From: Methylocella sp.
GTDB taxonomy: Bacteria > Pseudomonadota > Alphaproteobacteria > Rhizobiales > Beijerinckiaceae
DNA: 64,000 nt
NCBI GenBank assembly: GCA_035622375.1
Contig: DASPVM010000011.1
Location: 48,759 to 112,758 of the forward strand
Reading direction: 5' to 3'
A program made the translations under genes and the position numbers. The notes below the pieces were generated by a model. The model was not told the origin of the DNA and searched no databases. It saw only the letters and a program-made list of their open reading frames with translations. Position 1 is the first letter of the stretch, and each line of letters opens with the position of its first letter. Below are positions 8,915 to 16,839 of the stretch, one piece after another.

Positions 8915-10996
8915 ATGGACATCAAAATTGATTTGCCTCAGCATTACATTGAGGTTGAGGGGTCGCTCGTCCAGCGTAGGCTTAGAAGCCTCAAGCATGG
9001 CGACGCCTTTGCCGTGCTCGATGAGTATGGCGACATAGGCGTCATCGGTACGGGACCCGAGGGTCTCTATTACAACGATATGAGGTTTCTGTCTTGGTAC
9101 GATCTTCGCTTCGAGGGCAAGCGGCCCCTGCTCTTGAGCTCGATCATTCAGGATGATAATGCCGCTTTATCTGTTGTCCTCGCCAACCCTGATGTGCATT
9201 CAGACGGCGGCATCGTATTTCCGCGCGACATCATCGCGATCGAAAGGACCAAATTCATTTGGCAAGCGGTTTTTTACGAAAGAATCGGTTTTCGCAATTA
9301 CGCCGACGGTGAAAGGCGATTTCGCGTCGAGATAGGCTTTAGCGCCGATTTTCACGATCTTTTCGAGGTGCGTGGAACGGCGCGCGAGCGCCGGATGGAG
9401 ATGCGGTTCTGGCCGCCACCCTGCAATCTTGCTCCTCGGCGCGCCGCTTTCGATCTTAAGCTCGCTGCTGGCGAGCGCAAGTCGCTTTTCGTATCGGTCG
9501 CATGCGAGGATGGCAACAAGCCCGTCAGCGAGCCATTTGGCCGTGCCTTCCGGGCACGGCGGCGGGCCTTGCGTCACAAGGCGGTTGAGACGGCCAAGGT
9601 CGAGAGCTCTAACGAACTCTTGAATGAAGTCTGCCGGCGCTCCACCGCCGATCTTAACATGGTGATGACGAGGACGCGCCACGGCCTATATCCCTACGCT
9701 GGTATCCCTTGGTACAGCACGGTCTTCGGCCGCGACGGAATCATTACAGCGATGCTGCTTTTGTGGATCGATCCGTCGGTTGCGAAAGGCGTCCTAAGCT
9801 ACCTCGCCGAAACCCAAGCAAAAGCCACAGATCCATTCTCTGAAGCCGAGCCAGGTAAGATTTTGCATGAGACTCGCAACGGCGAGATGGCGCGGCTCAA
9901 AGAAGTGCCTTTCAAGCATTACTATGGGACGGTTGACGCGACGCCTCTCTTTATCATGCTGGCCGGAATGTATTTCGACCGCACGGGTAACCTCGAAACG
10001 ATCAAAGGCATTTGGCATCACATAAAGGCCGCCTTGCAATGGATAGATCGATATGGCGACGCCGATGGCGATGGCTTCGTCGAGTATGAGCGCAAAACAA
10101 GTACCGGCCTCATTAATCAAGGTTGGAAAGACTCTTACGATTCGATTTTTCACACGAACGGCGATCTCGCCAAGGGGCCAATCGCGCTCTGTGAAGTACA
10201 GTCCTATGTGTTCGCCGCTAAGATGCACGCCGCGACACTGGCGCAGCGCCTGGGTGAGCTCGCGCTGGCGGCAAAGCTGATCAGCGCCGCTACCGCACTG
10301 AAAAAAAAGTTCGAAGCAGTTTTTTGGCGCGAGGAGCTTGGCACCTATGCGTTGGCGCTTGACGGCGGCAAAACCCCCTGCCGCGTCCGCGCATCGAATG
10401 CCGGCCATGCGCTTTTCGCCGGCATCGCATCGCCAGAGCTTGCCAAGAGGGTCGCTGATACATTGCTAAAGCCCGATTCCTTCAGCGGCTGGGGCATTCG
10501 AACCGTGGCAAGCGGCGAAGCGCGCTTCAATCCGATCTCTTATCATAACGGTTCGGTATGGCCGCACGACAACGCACTGATCGCGCTTGGCTTTGCGCGC
10601 TATGGCCTCATCCCCGAAGCCGCCAGTGTTTTTACCGCGATGTTCGAAGCCGCTGCCTTTCAAGACATGCGGCGGCTGCCCGAATTATTTTGCGGCTTTA
10701 TCCGCAAACCGCACCGCGGCCCGACGGCCTATCCTGCCGCGTGCGCGCCGCAGGCCTGGGCATCCGCTGCGCCTTTCGGCTGCCTCGCGGCATGCCTTGG
10801 GATGGAGATTCGCCATGAAAGCAATGCGATCTCTTTCCGGGATCCGGTCATGCCCGCCTTCCTCGACGCTGTCACTCTGAATGGCTTGAGCCTTGGCCGA
10901 TCGCGTATCAAGCTTAAGCTACAGCGGCACGGCAATGACGTGACCCTCAATCTACTCAAGAGGCAAGGTGATACGAAAATCTTGCTGATCAAGTAG
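8915..10996 (+). CDS. Amylo-alpha-1,6-glucosidase / glycogen-debranching-like glycoside hydrolase
   Basis: 693 aa. The N-terminal domain of bacterial debranching-like enzymes (LKHGDAFAVLDEYGD, GLYYNDMRFLS) is followed by an (alpha/alpha)6 GDE_C-like domain (GIPWYSTVFGRDG, GWKDSYDS, YHNGSVWPHDN). Confidence 0.85.
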   Translation: MDIKIDLPQHYIEVEGSLVQRRLRSLKHGDAFAVLDEYGDIGVIGTGPEGLYYNDMRFLSWYDLRFEGKRPLLLSSIIQDDNAALSVVLANPDVHSDGGIVFPRDIIAIERTKFIWQAVFYERIGFRNYADGERRFRVEIGFSADFHDLFEVRGTARERRMEMRFWPPPCNLAPRRAAFDLKLAAGERKSLFVSVACEDGNKPVSEPFGRAFRARRRALRHKAVETAKVESSNELLNEVCRRSTADLNMVMTRTRHGLYPYAGIPWYSTVFGRDGIITAMLLLWIDPSVAKGVLSYLAETQAKATDPFSEAEPGKILHETRNGEMARLKEVPFKHYYGTVDATPLFIMLAGMYFDRTGNLETIKGIWHHIKAALQWIDRYGDADGDGFVEYERKTSTGLINQGWKDSYDSIFHTNGDLAKGPIALCEVQSYVFAAKMHAATLAQRLGELALAAKLISAATALKKKFEAVFWREELGTYALALDGGKTPCRVRASNAGHALFAGIASPELAKRVADTLLKPDSFSGWGIRTVASGEARFNPISYHNGSVWPHDNALIALGFARYGLIPEAASVFTAMFEAAAFQDMRRLPELFCGFIRKPHRGPTAYPAACAPQAWASAAPFGCLAACLGMEIRHESNAISFRDPVMPAFLDAVTLNGLSLGRSRIKLKLQRHGNDVTLNLLKRQGDTKILLIK

Positions 10997-10999
10997 TTG

Positions 11000-11870
11000 C
11001 TAGCTTGCCTTTTTCGCGCGGCTCGGGCGGCCGGACTTGGCAGTGCCGGCTTGCCTCTCAGCCCGGCGAGCTGCTCCCCTTGATGGCGCGCGCCGGCTTT
11101 CACTCCTTGGCGGATTTCGAGCTTCCGCGCCAAGGCTCCGTTTCAAGGCATCCACCAAATTAATCACATTCGCGGGCGGCGCGGCATGCGGCGCTCTGAC
11201 CGGTTTTCCGGCCTGCTTCGCGCGAATGAGCTTGAGCACCGCTTCCTGATAACGATCGGTGAATGTTTCTGGATCGAAGGCCCCCTTCTTCGTATCAATG
11301 ATATGGCCGGCAAGGTCGAGCATCTCGTGACTAATTTTGATATCGGGAATATCGGCGAAATAGGCGCCATCGCCGCGCGCCTCGTAATTCGGGTGCAAGA
11401 TCGTCCCAAGAATTCCCTTGTGCCTCGGCTCAAGAAGGATCAGCCGCTCGGCCTGCAACCTTGCGTTCACTCATGGCTTCGCGAATGACCGCGAAGGCTT
11501 CCTGGCCGACCTTATCCTCGGGTACGATATAGTAGCTCTGATCGAAGTAGATGCTATCAACCTCCAACCGCTCCACAAAGCGCTCGATGTCGAGGATGTG
11601 ATTGCTCGGTATTTCAACAGAGGCGAGTTCTTCGTCGCTCACCACCACATATTCGTCTTTGGTGACTTCATACCCCTTCGTGCGCTGCTCGCGGGGCACG
11701 AGCTCGCCAGTTTCGGCATCGATGTATTGCTGTTTCAGCCTGTGCCCAGTCGCTTTATTGAGGAGATGAAACGCGATCTTGTCGCGCGTGCTCGTCGCTG
11801 GAAATAGCCCGATCGAACAGGTTACGAGCGATAGCTTCAACTACCCTTTCCAGTTTGCCCTTGGCGGCAT
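11000..11870 (-). pseudogene. ku: Ku (NHEJ DNA-end-binding protein) pseudogene
   Basis: The minus strand reads MPPRANWKG-TAG-LKLSLVTCSIGLFPATS, with the in-frame amber at 11843-11841 where Tyr is expected. A frameshift or short deletion near 11455-11470 separates ...FAVIREAMSERKVA from ...ERLILLEPRHKGILGT. The C-terminal Lys/Arg/Ala-rich tail is retained. Confidence 0.8.
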
Positions 11871-12009
11871 GACTAAAACCCGAGACTCCACCGGAACCTC
11901 GCCCGGATGAAACTCCCGCTCCGCCGCTGCAGCCTAACATCCCGGATCGCCCCTCCTCCTCCGGCGCAAGACCCGCGTGACCCGCAGCCACCTCCTTTGA
12001 GAACCGCGC

Positions 12010-12470
12010 TTAGGAAGAGGGAGCCGTTCCCGGTTCCGTCCGCTTGCGATGCTGGCTTACGAGCGCTCCAGCTAGGGTAACATTCGCCAAGACCGCCGTC
12101 ACTTTGTTTTTCCAGCCGCACACGGCGTCGCCTCGCCCCGCAGCATCGCTTTCAAAGCCGAGTTTCGCGGCTCCGACCGGATCGTCTTTTTTCTCTTGAC
12201 CGGTTTTGGCATTGAGCAGGCCAGCGCGGGCAAAAGAAATCGGTTTCGGTCGCGCCCGGCATCAGGCAGGTCGTGCTGACCCAGTATTCTCCAGCTCCTC
12301 GCGAACGGCAAAAGAAAATGAGTCGACGAAGGCCTCGTCCCAAACATACGGCCCGATGCGCCAGCTCATACCCGGCCTCTTTATGGCGCGCGCCAACAAC
12401 GGGCCATTACTTAGCGTCTTCCACCTCGGCCGCAGGCCGGATGTCATAAAAAGCAGGCCGGAAGAGATCT
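12010..12470 (-). pseudogene. Short-chain dehydrogenase/reductase (SDR) remnant: C-terminal half, frameshifted
   Basis: Minus-strand pieces lie in three frames: ...AFVDSFSFAVREELENTG, ...TCLMPGATETDFF, and ...ARAGLLNAKTGQEKKDDPVGAAKLGFESDAAGRGDAVCGWKNKVTAVLANVTLAGALVSQHRKRTEPGT, with the stop at 12012-12010. No Rossmann-fold N-terminus is present. Confidence 0.65.
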
Positions 12471-12490
12471 TCTATCCTTCCCGCCTCTGA

Positions 12491-12814
12491 TCACCGCCGG
12501 CCATGAGAGCTTTCACCTCCCTTTCGGCCGGCTTCCGCGGCGCGTTCGCGGTCATGGGCAAAGTTCCCACCGGATGCCTGACCGCCCTTGCGGCCTGCCT
12601 CGGAAGCAAGCTCACGATCCCGCGAAAAACTGCGCTTTTCGTCGGGGACGCTCTGCCCGCCTTTGCGCCCCGCTTCTGCGGCAAGCTTATGATCGCGAGA
12701 GAAACTCCTTTTTTCATCAGGAACGCTCTCGCCCCCCTTGCGCGCGATCTCGCGTTGTTTCTCCTCATCCATCGAGGCAAAGCCTCTGTTGGAAGTTTTC
12801 CGCCCTTCAACCAT
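12491..12814 (-). CDS. KGG-repeat general stress protein (stress-induced acidophilic repeat family)
   Basis: 107 aa. NRGFASMDEEKQREIARKGG is followed by three tandem ~25-aa units, each ending AEAGRKGG. Confidence 0.85.
   Translation of the reverse strand: MVEGRKTSNRGFASMDEEKQREIARKGGESVPDEKRSFSRDHKLAAEAGRKGGQSVPDEKRSFSRDRELASEAGRKGGQASGGNFAHDRERAAEAGRKGGESSHGRR
12524..12739 (-). repeat. Three tandem ~75-bp coding repeats inside the KGG protein gene
   Basis: The peptide units are KGGESVPDEKRSFSRDHKLAAEAGR, KGGQSVPDEKRSFSRDRELASEAGR and KGGQASGGNFAHDRERAAEAGR. Confidence 0.8.
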
Positions 12815-12868
12815 TTATCTCTCCACCATGCAGCGGCGGCTCGCAATCTAGCGCCGCTTCAGCGAACC

Positions 12869-12893
12869 AACAAAGATTTCAATAATTTGTTCC
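12869..12893 (-). promoter_or_regulatory. Candidate EcfG-type (general stress) promoter GGAAC-N16-TGTT upstream of the KGG gene
   Basis: The minus strand reads GGAAC (12893-12889), a 16-nt spacer aaattattgaaatctt, then TGTT (12872-12869), about 55 nt upstream of the start codon. The alphaproteobacterial EcfG consensus is GGAAC-N16/17-CGTT. Confidence 0.35.
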
Positions 12894-13226
12894 GCGATGT
12901 AAACAAGAACCCAGCATAGGCCTGGTAAAATACGCATGAACAACCGCGCGAAGGCCTCGCTCTACTGTAAAGAAGTTATCATTTCTAACTTTGTGAAGAA
13001 TTTCGATGCGAGCACGGCAATAATAAATCTGCTGGCTCAGTTGCGTTGCCGGTTAGCTTCTCCGATCACCGCGATCGGGCGAGGCCACAGAGCCTGGCTC
13101 GAACCTTCCGGCCGCTAGGTCATTAGCGTCGCGGCGCATAAGGGATGCTGATTTCAGGAGAACCTACGTGAAACTCGTTTCAGCAATTGCCTTCGCCGCG
13201 ATTTTAGCGGCTTTAGGAGAATCAGC

Positions 13227-13430
13227 ATGCCCCGTGGGGAAAAATCGAAGCGCACCGATAACCAGGAACGCAAGGCGGATCATATTGCTGAAAGTTACTA
13301 GAAACGGGGCGTTCCCGAAAAAGAGGCCGAGCGGCGCGCCTCGACGACGGTCAATAAAGACGATAGCGGCGGCAAGGCGCCGGGCGGTTCGGGGCGCCGC
13401 AAGGAGAGGTAGCGGGCCTTCCGGCCATGA
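13227..13430 (+). pseudogene. Small conserved basic protein (MPRGxKSKxTDxQ...RGV..EEAERRA family) interrupted by two in-frame TAG codons
   Basis: An SD, AGGAGA, precedes ATG 13227. The translation is MPRGEKSKRTDNQERKADHIAESY-TAG(13299-13301)-KRGVPEKEAERRASTTVNKDDSGGKAPGGSGRRKER-TAG(13410-13412). The first TAG sits where homologues have Glu. Confidence 0.6.
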
Positions 13431-13612
13431 CGATACACAACATTGTGATTAGGCAGGCCGCCTGGAAAAGGCGCGCAAACCGCTTTTATTTAATGGGAAA
13501 GTCCTGAAAACTTGCGCGGAAGACGAAATTCTCCCGCTAAGGTCAGGCAAGGTTTAAAAAAAATTGGTCAGAGTCACTTGCCTTTTTTGCGGCGCACGTG
13601 CATATTGTTGCA

Positions 13613-13705
13613 ATGCGGCAAGAGCTTGCCGCTGATGCCCTCCTTGGGCGTTTCCTCCCTAGACTTGGGCCGCTTGCCAATTGGCAAGCGGCCTCTTTCT
13701 TTTCT
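13613..13705 (+). ncRNA. Candidate sRNA 1 (anti-SD CCUCC/CCUCCC motifs, intrinsic terminator)
   Basis: Promoter CTTGCC (13577-13582)-N18-CATATT (13601-13606). The 5' hairpin is gcggcaa-gagc-ttgccgc, followed by a small hairpin, gccc-UCCUU-gggc. A single-stranded uuCCUCCCua is followed by an 11-bp terminator stem, ggccgcttgcc-aatt-ggcaagcggcc (13668-13693), and then tctttcttttct. Confidence 0.45.
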
Positions 13706-13795
13706 ATCCGCATTATCCACCTGCGCCGTAAAAAAGTTTTTCGAATTGCTCATTTTTCATTTGACGAATGACGCATAAAGACATAAGTTACAGAT

Positions 13796-13888
13796 GCAGA
13801 CGGCAGTTCTTCGCTGCCGATGCGCCAATAGCGTTCCTCCCAAGACTTGGGCTGCTTGCTGAAAACACAAGCGGCCTCTTTCACAATT
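13796..13888 (+). ncRNA. Candidate sRNA 2, a paralogue of sRNA 1
   Basis: Promoter TTGACG (13761-13766)-N17-TAAGTT (13784-13789). The 5' hairpin is cggcag-ttcttcg-ctgccg. The core guuCCUCCCaagacuuggg is near-identical to copy 1. The terminator stem is ggctgcttg-ctgaaaaca-caagcggcc (13850-13876), with a C-to-T change giving G-U and a different loop, followed by tctttcac. Confidence 0.45.
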
Positions 13889-14013
13889 GGGGTGGAGGCG
13901 CCTTAGGGGCAGGCGGCGCGCGGCGTACCAAGGAGGAGCGGACGGGCTTCGCCGCCAAGTTGGGCCATCCAGCTGGCTCCTTGCCGGAGAGCACCTAATT
14001 TGCGGCTTTCGGC

Positions 14014-14940
14014 CTACTCTGCCGCGGCTTGATGAGACCCGCGCCGGGCCGCCGCCACGTCTGACAAAGCCGCAGCCATCCTTGTAAGATCCGCTGCCAC
14101 TCGCTCAAATCCTTCCCGACGCGTAATGGCTGCCTCGTCCATGTAGAGAGCTCTACTCACCTCGATTTGCAGGGCATGGCATTCTTCGGAGGGGTTGCCA
14201 TAAAACTCGGTGATAAAGCCTCCCGCATAGGGCTTGTTGCGCTGGACGTCGTAGCCGGCCTGGCGCAGCTCGTACTCGATGGTGTTGACCAGCTCGCCGG
14301 CACAACTTGTCCCGTAGCGATCTCCGATCACGATGTCAGGCCGGCGTGAGGGGGCGCTTAGCGGGAACTGCTTCGATGGCTGACGTTGTTGGGAAGGCAT
14401 GGAATGGCAGTCCATGAGGACAGCGATCCCAAATGCCCGCCGCGCGCGGTCGAGGAGCGCGCGCAATCGGGCATGATAAGGTTTATAAATTCTTTCGATT
14501 CGCTCCAACGCTTCGCTGACTGGGATTTTGCGCCCATAGATCTCCTGGGCTTGCCCGGCTACGCGGGCGATCGTCCCAAGGCCACCGGCCACGCGCAGTG
14601 AGCGGGTGTTGGCAAAAGCCGGCAGCGGCCCTTCGAACATGCGAGGGTCGAGCTCATAGGGCTCCCTATTCAAGTCAAGATAGGCGCGTGGAAAACGTGC
14701 CCTGATCAAAGGCGCTCCCAGCGATGTAACACCGCTGAAAAGGCAATCGACAAAAGCATCCTCCGACCGGCGAAGGGCGCCTTCGCTAAGCCTCGTTGCG
14801 GCGAGAAAACGGCGCGGGTAGATGTTGCCGGAATGGGGAGAGGAAAACACGAGCGGACAGGCTAGACGGGGCGGCTCGATCACCTCGAACGGAGGGTCGA
14901 GCTCCGGCTCATGCGGAGGATCGTGCATCACAGGTCGCAT
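14014..14940 (-). CDS. N-formylglutamate amidohydrolase family protein
   Basis: Family-typical FSSPHSGN, DLNREPYELD and MDCHSMP motifs. The start is uncertain: Met at 14940 or 14928 is preferred over the long ORF start at 15009. Confidence 0.8.
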   Translation of the reverse strand: MRPVMHDPPHEPELDPPFEVIEPPRLACPLVFSSPHSGNIYPRRFLAATRLSEGALRRSEDAFVDCLFSGVTSLGAPLIRARFPRAYLDLNREPYELDPRMFEGPLPAFANTRSLRVAGGLGTIARVAGQAQEIYGRKIPVSEALERIERIYKPYHARLRALLDRARRAFGIAVLMDCHSMPSQQRQPSKQFPLSAPSRRPDIVIGDRYGTSCAGELVNTIEYELRQAGYDVQRNKPYAGGFITEFYGNPSEECHALQIEVSRALYMDEAAITRREGFERVAADLTRMAAALSDVAAARRGSHQAAAE

Positions 14941-15140
14941 CAAAAGGTATAAGCTCTGCCACCGCCTGCGCGTCGAGAATCGGCCGGCATGATAACGAAA
15001 CGCCTTCACCTTTGGCCAGAACTATCACTATTTGGCAACATAGGCAGGAAAAAAAGCTAGTTTGATGCAAGCGTGAATAATTTTTCACTCGATTTTTACC
15101 CCGGTCGCGGTTTGATGGAGCAAGGGCACGAGGGAATTGC

Positions 15141-15524
15141 ATGAAAGAGAAGCATAGCCCGCCAAATTGCAAGATTCTCTTGGCGGAAGACGACCACGAC
15201 ATGCGCCGCTTTCTCGGCAAAGCCCTGCAAAGCGCGGGCTTTAATGTCGCTTCCTTTGACAATGGAATGTCCGCCTATAACAGGCTGCGCGAAGAACCGT
15301 TCGAACTGCTCCTCACCGATATCGTGATGCCCGAAATGGACGGCATCGAATTGGCTCGCCGTGCCACGGAACTCGACCCCGATATCAAAGTGATGTTCAT
15401 TACGGGCTTTGCCGCGGTCGCGCTTAATCCAGATAATAGCGCGCCGCCGCAGGCAAAAATATTGTCCAAACCTTTCCATTTGAAGGATTTGGTGAACGAA
15501 GTGCACCGTTTGCTTGCCGCTTGA
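15141..15524 (+). CDS. cpdR: Single-domain response regulator CpdR
   Basis: 127 aa, receiver domain only (ILLAEDD, LLLTDIVMPEMDG, KPF). It has the characteristic alphaproteobacterial pairing with the divergent N-formylglutamate amidohydrolase-like gene. Confidence 0.85.
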   Translation: MKEKHSPPNCKILLAEDDHDMRRFLGKALQSAGFNVASFDNGMSAYNRLREEPFELLLTDIVMPEMDGIELARRATELDPDIKVMFITGFAAVALNPDNSAPPQAKILSKPFHLKDLVNEVHRLLAA

Positions 15525-15583
15525 AGAAAAGGGGGATAGGCCGGGGCGAGGCAAGTCTCCAAACTTTAGGCACGGCATTTTTT

Positions 15584-16813
15584 ATGAAGTCCCGCAACAT
15601 TGCGTCTCTTGGCGCCATCGGCTCCGCTTGGAGTTGGCCCCTTCTGTTCCTGTTCGGCCTTGTTTTCCTTGGTGCGTCGAGAGGGGAAGCAAGCAGTTTT
15701 TCGGATTGCCTCGCCGGGTTTCGCGGGGCCGCCGCGGCGATTGGCGTCGATGCCTCCACGTTCGACAAGGTAACGCGCGGGCTTTCGCCAAATCCCGATG
15801 TTCTCGCGTTGTCGCAAGCGCAGCCGGAGTTTAAAACGCCGATTTGGGATTATCTGGCTGGTCTCGTGGATGACGAGAGGGTACAGGATGGCCAGGCGAT
15901 GCTTGCCAGATACCGCCAAGCCTTTTCCCAGGCGCAGAGCCGCTTTGGCGTCGATCAGGCGACGATTGCCGCGGTATGGGGGGTCGAGTCGGATTACGGC
16001 CGCAACTTTGGCACGCGGCCCGTCGTGCAATCGCTCGCGACGCTTGCCTGCGATGGCGGTAGGCGGGCCGGTTATTTCCGTCAAGAGCTGATTGCCGCTT
16101 TGAGAATCATCCAGCGCGGCGACATCGATCCGTCGCAATTCAACGGGTCATGGGCGGGCGCTTTTGGCCATACGCAGTTCATGCCCTCGACTTTTTTGAG
16201 ATCAGCCGTCGACCTTGACGGGGATGGCCGGCGTGATCTCATCAATTCCGTTCCCGACGCGCTCGGCTCGACCGCTGCTTACCTCCGCAACAGTGGCTGG
16301 GTGCCGGGTCTCGAGTGGGGCTATGAAGTCCGCGTGCCAGCGGGTTACTCGGGTCCAACGGGCAGGGCGCGGAAAGAAGCCATGGCCTCATGGATCGCGA
16401 GAGGGTTTACGCGCATAGATGGGCAGCGGTTGCCAAGCGAGGGGCGCGCCGGTTTGCTTTTGCCAGCAGGACCTAATGGCCCAGCTTTCCTCGTGACGAG
16501 GAATTTCGACGCCATCTACTCCTATAACGCGGCCGAATCTTATGCCTTAGCCATCGCGCTTTTGTCCGACCGTTTGCGTGGCCGGCATGGCCTTGTCGCG
16601 GCTTGGCCGACCAGCGATCCGGGTCTCTCCCGCGCCGAGCGCCGTGAAATGCAGGCCCTGCTCATGCGGCACGGCTACGACCTCGACGGCAAGGCCGATG
16701 GCGTCATCGGCACCAAGACGAAACAGGCGATTTCGGATTTTCAATCAAAGTCGGGCTTGCGCCCCGATGGCCGCGCCTCCGCCTCGGTGCTTGCGGCGCT
16801 GCGCGGAAAATAG
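15584..16813 (+). CDS. Lytic murein transglycosylase (MltB/SLT_2 type) with C-terminal peptidoglycan-binding domain
   Basis: Signal peptide after the MKSRNIASLG start. AVWGVESDYG catalytic region, GAFGHTQFMPSTF, and a C-terminal PG_binding_1-like motif (GYDLDGKADGVIGTKTKQAISDFQ). Confidence 0.85.
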   Translation: MKSRNIASLGAIGSAWSWPLLFLFGLVFLGASRGEASSFSDCLAGFRGAAAAIGVDASTFDKVTRGLSPNPDVLALSQAQPEFKTPIWDYLAGLVDDERVQDGQAMLARYRQAFSQAQSRFGVDQATIAAVWGVESDYGRNFGTRPVVQSLATLACDGGRRAGYFRQELIAALRIIQRGDIDPSQFNGSWAGAFGHTQFMPSTFLRSAVDLDGDGRRDLINSVPDALGSTAAYLRNSGWVPGLEWGYEVRVPAGYSGPTGRARKEAMASWIARGFTRIDGQRLPSEGRAGLLLPAGPNGPAFLVTRNFDAIYSYNAAESYALAIALLSDRLRGRHGLVAAWPTSDPGLSRAERREMQALLMRHGYDLDGKADGVIGTKTKQAISDFQSKSGLRPDGRASASVLAALRGK

Positions 16814-16839
16814 CTCTCGTATTAAGTTCCAAACGCGGC

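Noticed and set aside
7682-13430. All five internal stop codons seen in disrupted genes are TAG (8133, 11841-11843, 13299, 13410, and about 61460 elsewhere), which suggested amber suppression or recoding.
   Set aside because: The affected genes also carry frameshifts and deletions, so they are true pseudogenes. In a GC-rich genome the commonest one-step nonsense routes are CAG, GAG and TAC to TAG, so a TAG bias is expected. No pyl genes or suppressor tRNA are visible in the window.
13168-13452. GTG-initiated ORF with a good SD and a signal-peptide-like start (VKLVSAIAFAAILAALGESA).
   Set aside because: After about 20 codons it runs out of frame across the recognisable MPRGEKSK... small-protein gene and becomes Arg-rich nonsense. 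It is most likely fortuitous, or at best a short upstream ORF.
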